DNA of 62,890 bases, the filler included, from Octopus bimaculoides (taxonomy: Eukaryota), in NCBI RefSeq assembly GCF_001194135.2. It is 4 parts of 4 records of this genome, joined end to end, with 100 filler letters (N's around TTAATTAATTAA, not from the genome) between each part and the next. Parts side by side here need not be neighbours in the genome. Positions count along the whole stretch, not along the records: positions 28,699 to 58,035 come from NC_068986.1; positions 58,136 to 62,890 come from NC_068996.1; 2 more parts are not named here. One strand, given 5' to 3'. Position 1 is the first letter of the stretch, and every line of letters begins with the position of its first letter. Positions 53,316 to 62,890 of the stretch are shown piece by piece. The notes beneath the pieces were generated by a model. The model saw nothing but the letters and a program-made list of their open reading frames with translations, was not told the origin of the DNA and did not search any database. Made by a program: the position numbers and the translations under genes.

Positions 53316-56300
53316 ATATATATATATATATATGTGGGGNNNNNNNNNNNNGGGGGGGGGGGGTGCACTCGCATGTGTGTGTGTGCATGCATGCATGTCT
53401 ATTATATAGATAGATAAAACTTACTTGGAAAAGTATGCGTGGCGTTCGAATAATATAAATAATATATAAATAAATGCATATAACCAAACATATATGTACA
53501 TACCTACATATATATGGATATATACATGCATATATGGGTACAGGACATCAACAAAAACGTTGACCACAGTGAGAAACGGGAACATAGAAAACGAACTTTT
53601 TTCGAACAACGAAGAAAACAAACAGAGAAACGAGACATGCAGCATAAAGAGTATATTCCTTCGTCAGTTGTCCACACACACACACACACACACACTTGTA
53701 CGTCAGAATGTTCGTACATATACATATATATTTTTATCTATCAGAGTAGACCTGTGAATAAATGTGGCTAACAAATGGGTCCACACTCCCCAAAACTCTG
53801 GAAAGCCTATTACCAGATGCAGTTTAAAATCATATCAAAGACGTAGAAAAACCCTTGGTTGGTATCAGGTCGCGCAATAAACCAACTGAGAGTGAGGGAT
53901 CCTTAGTTGTTTTCATTTTTCTAGAGGAAGGACACTCTATGTAAATTTGCGGTTTCACGTGACAGCTGGTCATTTTTGCTTCGGACTACCACTTGGTACA
54001 AATAACAGAGACTCACAGAGTAGCACTCGTATTGTACAAGCGTTTATCACCTGAATCTAAGGATATACAGATGCTTCTTTACGCTGGCCTCATTTGTCAT
54101 TCCATCTTCTGTACGTCATATGGTAATGGAATAGTCACATGTGCAGATCTAACCACTTGGAAGAGTAAAGCAAGTTGCAACCATCATCTGAGACCTATGT
54201 TTCATACTATACATATCTGAAGCAGGACTGATTGAATAGTCATCGGAGAAGTCATGGATGGAAAGTCAGGAACGCTTTTGACACTGAGAAAGCACAAAGA
54301 GAGGGCAATCAACTACGAATATGAAGCTTAGTGGTTAGGGTATTCGGCTCACGATCCTAAGTTCATGAGTTCGATTCTGGGCGGCGCGTTGTGTTCTTAA
54401 GCAAGACACTCATTTTCACGTTGCTGAAGTTCACTCAGCTGGCATAAATGAGAAATACCTGTTTCATTCTGTGCTACGCCGAATCTCCATGGGAACTACG
54501 TTAAGGATACGCTTGTCTTTGGAGTGCTCAGCCACTTGCACGTTAATTTCTCGAGCAGGCTGTTTCATTGATCAGTTCAACTGGAACCCTCGTCGTCGTG
54601 ACTGACGGAGTGTCAGTTATGTACGTATATATGCATATATGTATATTTATGCTTGTTTGTACCTAAATACAAACGTAGGTACGCAAAAATCTTTTTTGCA
54701 TGTACATATCTACAATCAAAAGCCAATATCATCTATGTTACTAATAAAACATTCTGAACGTCAGTTCATCTCTGATATCTTTTTTACAATGCATTTCATA
54801 TGCACACCATAGCTAATTTTCGAGACAATTGTGTTTTAACCAATATACTGGCTACTGATATAAATAACCAATATCATACACAATAGTCACAATCTAAACG
54901 ACTTTTTTTTTCCAGTACTTATATATAAAAGGTAAAGAACGACTATTGGAAAGATAAAACACGAGAAAATAGGCAACGGTACAACTGGTAATAGAAAAAG
55001 TCGACGCAAGAGTTAAACAGCGAAGAGTTAGGAAATTAGAAATCCCAACGCGAACGACTGCAAAAGGTGCAATGCTAATGAAGTCGTTCTAAAAAGGAAT
55101 GCTTGAGGAGAAAACAAAACTTGTCGGCAGCAATTTGTGCCTGCTAAATATGAACTTATTGCAAGAATTGTTAAATTAGGTTATGTGAACGCTATGCTAC
55201 AATGCTGAAGAATATATTTATTGGAGTAGTAGTAGTGATATCACTGCTTTGTGAATGCCTTGGGAAAGGAAAAGGCTAAGGAGTTAACCTCGACAGCAAA
55301 TCAAGGAATGAAGTCCCTCAAGTGATCTGGTGCCTTCTTTGACACTCTTCCGGTAACTTCAGTGTAGGTCGAGCTCTCCAGCCTTGTAAGGTAATTCTAG
55401 AAGAAGGCCAATCCAATGTAAAACCTAAAGCTGGCTTGTTACCCAAACGGTCTGAGCCCGTTGAGCCATTGTGGTCAGGCCTCCAAGTCTAAAGAGAATA
55501 ATCGGAATGCATGGACTGACTCTGAAGTTATTAACCGCAAATAGGATGAAAAACCTTGCAGCGTCAAGGATCGATTTACATAAACACTTGGGGACGTGCT
55601 GCTGTTTCTCAGGATCTACGGAAACGAAGAAACAAACCATCAGTTAATCACGTGATATCGTCTTGCCATCGCAGGTGGTATCTTTATGATGAAGAAGAAC
55701 CAAAGGAGGTCAAGGGATATTTTGAAGATGACTTTCAACAAGTGAAAGTTAGCTAGATCCTATAAATATTTGTCCATTATGAATAGCAGAGCCTCTATAA
55801 AATCCAAAGTTTTAACTTAATGAAATATTCAGGCTATCTCGAATTATTGGAACTTTTAGTTTATTGAATTTGGTTCGAACCAACTCCGAATTTTGCGAAA
55901 AGTTCAAGTACCACCACAAGTACAGCAGACTATGAGACCCCCTTCGGTCATGACTGACCATGGGATTGCACTTAGAAAGTTACCCTCCCAGGAACAAATC
56001 CGGGCAAGGTTGTTTATGGAAGACCAGCAGTTGCCCATGCTTACCAGCCTCCCTTCTCCACGCCACCGATGTTATCTAAGGGAAAGGCAGGCAGGGGCCG
56101 ATACAGATTGGCACCTGTGAAGTCGCAATTCATTACTACAGCTGAATGAACTGGAGCAACGTGAAATAAAGTGTCTTGCTCAAGAACACAACATACAGCC
56201 CAGTTCTGGATTCGACCTCACAACCTCCCGATCGTAAGCTCGACGCTGTAACCACTGAGCTATGCGCCTTCACACAGCAGACTATGATTAGGTTAAAGTT

Positions 56301-57234
56301 TCAAAACAGATGTAATTAAACTTACCTGCTTCTAATCAGTGTCCTTTATATATTCTTCCTTGATACAGGCGTTGAACCAGACTATCGAAAGCCCATTATG
56401 TTATGTTGCAATGAACAGATCCTGTTGTATAAGCGCAGTGAGTACTTAAACATTTGCATGTCACATACTTCCACTTAGCAACTATGACATGCAGCATTTC
56501 ATTTTGGTCATTGGTTCATTTTTATATGAGAAACTATGATTCTTCTAACTGGAATAAGGAAGAAAATTCTCGTAGTAAACATCGTGGTATTGCCTTACGC
56601 CAGCATTTTCCAGGTCTGTGGGTAACTAGTGAATTAACCAATCAGAATTAGATCCATCGCACTGTGATCTTTTGTTCTCAAGAACGACTGGGTCATGACC
56701 TTACGATGCAAATAACAAACGCATTAAGTGGATAAACTAATCTGCCGACTGAATAAATAAATTCTCTAAATTAATGGTTTTGAAATGTTTCAGATAAGAG
56801 GAAAATTATGAAGGGTTGCAAATTTGTCATTGCAAACCTGAAAAGGGATTGCATTAGATTCGGAGGATCAGAACGTTTTTAAGGCTTCATGTACAAAATG
56901 CATTATCATTCCTAGTTTTAGTTACTCCCACATTTTGTATTCCAAAAAAATATTTTAATAAACATGTGTTGCAATGCTGTGTGTCAGTCATCCTTATATT
57001 TTCCAATCTTTATCTTTTACTTGATTCGGTCATTAGGATGCGGCCATGCTGGGACACCGCCTTGAATCTTTTAGTCCAATGAATTGACCTCAGTACTTAT
57101 TGCTTTAAACCTGATACGTATGCTATCGTTCTCTTTTGCCGAACTGCTAAGTGACAAGGATATAAAGACACCAACACCAGTTGTCAAGCGGTGGGAGTGA
57201 TAAACACAGAGAAAGACACACACGCACATAAATT

Positions 57235-57304
<70 letters not shown>

Positions 57305-58135
57305 CATAGATCGCTGACCATGACATTTTTTTCTCCTTGTCTTTCTCCTTATTTCTTTCTGTTCAAGAGCGTAGCTCGGAACGTTAAAGACTTTCCTATT
57401 CCCGAGCGTTAAACTAATACATCCTTTTGTTGTTTACACCACCTCTCCTCGTCTATTGTTGTTTTTTTCGTAAATTCTCCNNNNNNNNNNNNNNNNNNNN
57501 NNNNNNNNNNNNNNNNNNNNNNNNNNNNNNNNNNNNNNNNNNNNNNNNNNNNNNCAGTTTCCCGGTTTCAATGGCGAATGTGTTCCCCAGCTGGATGGGA
57601 CGCCAGTCCATCGCAGCGTTACTCATTTATGCCAGCTGAGTGGACTGGAGCAACATGAAATGAAGTATTTTGCTCAAGAACACAATGTGTCACCCGGTCC
57701 AAGAATCGAAACCACAATCTTACGATCATGATGCTGATGCGAATGCTGGACAGAGAGGTCACGCAGGAGAGCTAGGAAGAAAGGGAGATAATAAAGTAGT
57801 AATGATCCCAAAACGAAGATGTGCGTGCGTGTGTATAAGAGAGCATGTATGTGCGTGTGGAAGAGGGCTGGTAACCTTGGCATGTGCGTGTGTAAGTGTA
57901 TGGATGATGGTATGGGTGCTGGGAAGTGGTCAGTGTTCGTGTGTGCGTGGTGGTGTGATGTGATGTGGTGTGGTGTGGTGTGGTGGTGTGTGGTGTGGTG
58001 TGGTGGTGAGTGGTGTGGTGGTGTTGATATATATANNNNNNNNNNNNNNNNNNNNNNNNNNNNNNNNNNNNNNNNNNNNTTAATTAATTAANNNNNNNNN
58101 NNNNNNNNNNNNNNNNNNNNNNNNNNNNNNNNNNN

Positions 58136-58430
58136 GCTCTCACTAACCATTCTTCTATCCCAAGTTTCCTCATTGACCACCAGATAAGGGATCGGGGGAC
58201 CCTGTCAAAGGCTTTCTCCATGTCAACGAAAGCCAGGTACAGAGGTTTATCCTTAGCTAGGTATTTCTCTTGCAACTGTCTCACTAGAAATAAGGCATCA
58301 GTAGTGCTTTTACCTGGCACGAACCCAAACTGCATCTCATCTAAATTGATTCGCTCCCTAATTAGTTGGGCTATGACCCTCTCTGTAACTTTCATAACCT
58401 GATCTAACAGCTTGATGCCTCTGTAATTAT
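58136..58430 (-). mobile_element. RTE-clade LINE reverse transcriptase fragment, uninterrupted frame
   Basis: NYRGIKLLDQVMKVTERVIAQLIRERINLDEMQFGFVPGKSTTDALFLVRQLQEKYLAKDKPLYLAFVDMEKAFDRVPR; truncated by the gap. Confidence 0.93.
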
Positions 58431-58579
58431 TTGTATATATATATATACACACACATACACATACATACAGGTAAGTTGATGCAAACAGGAAAAATAGAAC
58501 TAAAAATATGAGTATACACATATATATTTTTATTAATATTTAGCAAGTCATCCTATAAATAATGTCCAAAATATAATGT

Positions 58580-59760
58580 ATGTGATTTCTATCAAATTCT
58601 ACTGTATTCTAAAATGTGAAATGATATTGATTGAGTGTCATATGAATTTGGAAACCTTTAACTTAATAGAATTTCTTTTACAGAATAATCTCACTGAATC
58701 AATTACTAATATTAACCCACCAAATATGAATGTGTCAAAAGAGTATTTAAGGTACATAATGCTTTATGATTTCAAAAAGGGAAATAGTGCAGCAGAAACA
58801 ACCTGAAATATCCACTTTGTTTACAGGGAAGAGTGCTCGAATGAAAGAAATTGCAGAAGATGGCTTGCAAAGTTCAAAAATGGAGACTTCAACCTCAAAG
58901 ATGGGATATGAATAGGATGCCCTGTTTGAATTTGATAATGAACTTCTTTTGGCAGAGCTTGAGAAGGATAATGCCGTATCAGTTAAAGAATTGGCAAGCA
59001 AGCTCAATTCAAGCCATTCAACTGTTCATCACCATCTTCAACAGCTTGGAAAAGGGCCCAAACTCAGAAAATGAGTTCCCCATGATTTGTCAGAAGCTAA
59101 CTAAAAATCTTGAATAGACATTTACTCGTCTCTTCTTTTTTTGTGAAAGTATCTCACCATTTTGGAACAGATTAGTGATATGTGATGAAAAATGGATTTT
59201 TTCATGAAGATGTTAAGTGATGCAGGCAATGGCTTAGTTGTAGAGAACAAGCTAAACCACAACCCCAAAAAGGCCTCCATGCAAAAAGAGGTTCTTTCTG
59301 TTTAGTGGGATTGCATTAGAGTGATCCATTTTGAGCTGCTACCAACTAATGCAACAATTACTGTTCATGCATACTGCCAATAATTAAGGTGTTTGGATGC
59401 TGCGTTGAAGGAAAAAAGGCCTGTTTTGGGGAATCATAAGGGAGCAGTGTTTCATCATGATAATGCAAGGCCCCCACACAGCAAAGATTACATCAGAAAA
59501 ATTTCGAAGAACTTGGCTGCCTTATTCCCCAGACCTCACTCTTGATTGCCATTTGTTTTAAAACTTACAAAATCATTTAGATGGATTAGTGCACAAAAGT
59601 CCCAAAAGAGATCTAAACTGATCATTCTTCCTTCTCATCAAAACCAAAAAAGGTTTTCATCAATGGAGCTTAAAAACTGATGAGTAGATGGAATGGAAAC
59701 ATTGATAATGATGGGAATTATATGTAGGGTTAAATATTAATAAAATGTAAAATTAGATCA
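58580..59760 (+). mobile_element. Near full-length decayed mariner (DD34D) transposase
   Basis: YLRYIMLYDFKKGNSAAETT, RRWLAKFKNGDFNLKD, a WVPH-like *VPHDLSEAN, DEKW, HDNARP and YSPDL-like motifs, with multiple stops. Confidence 0.9.
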
Positions 59761-59919
59761 CTTTTTTCCTTACCCCAAATTTGGACATTACTCTTATGGG
59801 ATGACTTGATAATTTGGTAAGCACCAACGCATGAAACTTTCAGCATTTGAGTCACAGTCACTTTGTTGTTTTTGCTAAACGTTAACACACACACACACAC
59901 ATATATATGTATTTGTATG

Positions 59920-59954
<35 letters not shown>

Positions 59955-59979
<25 letters not shown>

Positions 59980-60212
59980 TGGCACATAAAATATACCATT
60001 TTGAGCGTGGCCGTTGCCAGTACCGCCTGACTGGCCTTCGTGCGGGTGACACGTAAAAGCACCTACTACACTCTCTGAGTGGTTGGCGTTAGGAAGGGCA
60101 TCCAGCTGTAGAAACTCTGCCAAATCAGATTGGAGTCTGGTGTAGCCATCCTGTTTGCCAGTCCTCAGTCAAATTGTCCAACCTATGCTAGCATGGAAGG
60201 CGAACGTTAAAC

Positions 60213-60247
<35 letters not shown>
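59955..60247 (+). mobile_element. SINE or LINE 3' end with (GAT)n tail
   Basis: GGCGTTAGGAAGGGCATCCAGCTGTAGAAAC...AGCATGGAAGGCGAACGTTAAAC(GAT)n. Confidence 0.75.
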
Positions 60248-60248
<1 letters not shown>

Positions 60249-61057
60249 ATATCCTTATAAAAAGCAAAGTTTGTTTGTACGTTGACAGCTGAAAACACAT
60301 AATACAATTGATAATATTTCAGGTTTTCCATGTCATTTAAATTAATTTGACCATTCTGCAGATAACCGCACACTTATTTTCCAAAAACGTGGAGAGTGAA
60401 TTGGTGGTGTATTGGCTCCTATTTCTAGCAATCGACATACAATCTCTTTCACTGTACTGTAATGTCTATATATCCTTATAAAAAAGCAAAGTTTATTTCT
60501 TTGTACATTGACCACTGAAAACACTAAATATAATAAAAACAAACTTTGTTTTTATGGTGACCGCTGAAAACACTAAATAAAATTGATATTTCAAGTTTTT
60601 CATGTCATTTCAATTAACTTGACCATTCCACAGATAACTGCGCACTTGTTTTCTGAAAACAGAATGGTGGTGGTGTATTGGCTCCTATTTCTAGCAGTCC
60701 ATATATTGTCTATTTCACAGTAATGCATTTTAAAGAGTAACAAAATACTCCATTTATCACTCAATCCACTTCCAACTTTCTCTAACTATATATACATTAC
60801 ATTTATTCCTTTGAAGTCACTACCTGACCTCTGCTTTCTCTCTTTCTATATGTCCCTCTCTATGTTTCTATCTATCTCACTATCTCCCTCTCTCTCTGTG
60901 GTTGTATATGTGTGTCTCTCTCCCTCTTTTTCTCTGTTGAGAAAAAACACAAGAAACAACAGAGAAAGGTGGTGTACAGAGATAAAACAAGTTAGATGCC
61001 AGATCTCTGCCTTCTCTCTGTCTATATGTCCCACTCTATGTCTATCTCTCTCACTAT

Positions 61058-61102
<45 letters not shown>

Positions 61103-61229
61103 AGTATATGTGTCTCTCTCACTACCTCCACTTCTTTTTCTCTCAGAAGACAAAATGTGAGAGACAGATAGAAATGGGATTAGGGAGGGAAAAGAAGTGA
61201 GACAGATGGAAGATGGAGATAGCCACATC

Positions 61230-61722
61230 TATAAATCTATCAACAAAGTTGTCCACACAGACAATGCTGTTCCTTATACTGTTGAATTCCTCAACAGTCT
61301 GGAACTGGCCAGCATGCTGCCACACAACTTTGAATTGAAGAAGGGTGCAGTAATCATGCTTCTCAGAAACTGGGGTCAGCCAAGATTGTGTGATGGTGCA
61401 TGTATGGTTGTGACTGAACTACAGCCTCACATTATCAAAGCAAAGTCCTCACTGGACATTGTATTTATACCTGGAATACCACTAATACCAACAGCTGTCC
61501 CCTTTCATTTCAAATGATTGCAATTCCCAGTGAGAATCAGTTAAGCATTGACTATTAACAAATCCCAAGGTCAAACACTGTAGGTTATCAGTGACCATCT
61601 AGAAGAGGGCTGTTACTCACATGATCAATTGTATATAGGTTGTTCTAGAGTAGAAAGCTCACAGAAACTCTTCATATATACTCCAAAAACAAAAGTTAAA
61701 AACATTGTATATGTTGATGTTC
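61230..61722 (+). mobile_element. Helitron Pif1-like helicase C-terminal remnant
   Basis: YTVEFLNSLELASMLPHNFELKKGAVIMLLRN...RLCDG...VFIPGIPLIP...PFHFK*LQFPVRIS*ALTINKSQGQTL...SHDQLYIGCSRV...KNIVY: classic helicase motifs with stops. Confidence 0.9.
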
Positions 61723-61913
61723 TCTTTACTATTTTACTTGTTTCAGTCATTTGACTGTGGCCATGCTGGAGCACCACCTTCAGTCGAGCAAATTGACCCC
61801 AGGACTTATATTTTGGAAGCCTAGTACATATTCTATCATTCTCTTTTGCCGAACTGCTAAGTTACGGGGACGTAAACACACCACCATCGGTTGTCAAGAG
61901 ATGTTGGGGACAA

Positions 61914-61950
<37 letters not shown>

Positions 61951-62581
61951 CACATATATACGACGGGATTCTTTCAGTTTCTGTCTACCAAATCCACTCA
62001 CAAGGCTTTGGTCGGCCCAAGGCTATAGTAGAAGACACTTGCCCAAGGTGCCATGCAGTGGGAATGAACCCGGAACCATGTAGTTGGTAAGCATGCTACT
62101 TACCACATAGCCACTCCTGCGCCTATCTGTAAATGTTTTATAATTTTTATATATAATACATTTCTCTATTATTATCTATATTACTTTCTGTATTCAGATA
62201 TTCTAAATAAATTCGTAAAATTATGTTATGCAACCTTTAAATACTTTTTAACAATTTTTATTGTAAAGAAAATGGGCATTATAATAAATGCCAATATGTG
62301 CCTTATGAATACATTTCAACACTGTACAGACGGGGCTGAAGGACAGGAGGCCCACTAATGTGTGTATATATGTTCTTTAATTCTTTTACTTGTTTCAGTT
62401 ATTAGACTGCAGCCATGCTGGGGCACCGCCTTTAGTCGAACAAACCAACCTCAGGACTTATTCTTTGTAAGCTTAGTACATATTCTATCGATTTCTTTTT
62501 GCTGGACTTTTAAGTTACGGGGACATAAACACACCAACATCAGTTGTCAAGTGATGGTGGGAGGACAAACACACACACACA

Positions 62582-62625
<44 letters not shown>

Positions 62626-62839
62626 CATGATATTCCAGTTCCACTCTACCATATCCACTCACAAGGCTTTGGTCAGTCCGAGGCCATAGTAGAAAACACT
62701 AGTAGAAAACACTTGCCACACAGTGGGACTGAACCCGGAACCATGTGGTTGGGAAGCAAGCTTCTTACCATACAGCCACTCCTATATGTATATCTATCTA
62801 TCTGTCTGTATGTATGTATGTGTATATATACGTATATAT

Positions 62840-62871
<32 letters not shown>

Positions 62872-62890
62872 ATATATATATATATATATA

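Noticed and set aside
55250-55756. Possible exon RWYLYDEEEPKEVKGYFEDDFQQ
   Set aside because: No good donor, and nearby sequence (INTWDV, tctagaagaagg...aaacc) resembles a decayed RTE 5' region; unsupported either way.

Overview
AT-rich, microsatellite-laden animal genomic DNA, almost certainly a coleoid cephalopod (Octopus), judged from its SINE families. It has many N gaps and three artificial 100-bp scaffold spacers, so adjacency across ~19.7, ~28.6 and ~58.1 kb is unproven. One protein-coding gene can be fully reconstructed: a minus-strand, four-coding-exon MFSD13A/TMEM180-like MFS transporter (464 aa; CDS 11853-10975, 9258-9104, 8465-8382, 6127-5851; all introns GT-AG with consistent phases). 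The rest is mostly transposon debris: Penelope-like elements, R4/Dong-type and RTE LINEs, a CR1-group LINE, Tc1, mariner, pogo/Tigger, hAT, Helitron and many tRNA-derived SINEs. Most entries in the ORF track are microsatellite artefacts. The most interesting unexplained signals are (1) a perfect 284-bp spacer-less palindrome downstream of the gene, (2) a dispersed repeat family with minimal hammerhead-ribozyme-like motifs carrying variant cores, (3) same-orientation SINE arrays sitting in (TAA)n tracts beside an R4/Dong-type LINE, and (4) CpG depletion confined to the gene body. I see no convincing new multi-gene system; these are hypotheses to test.
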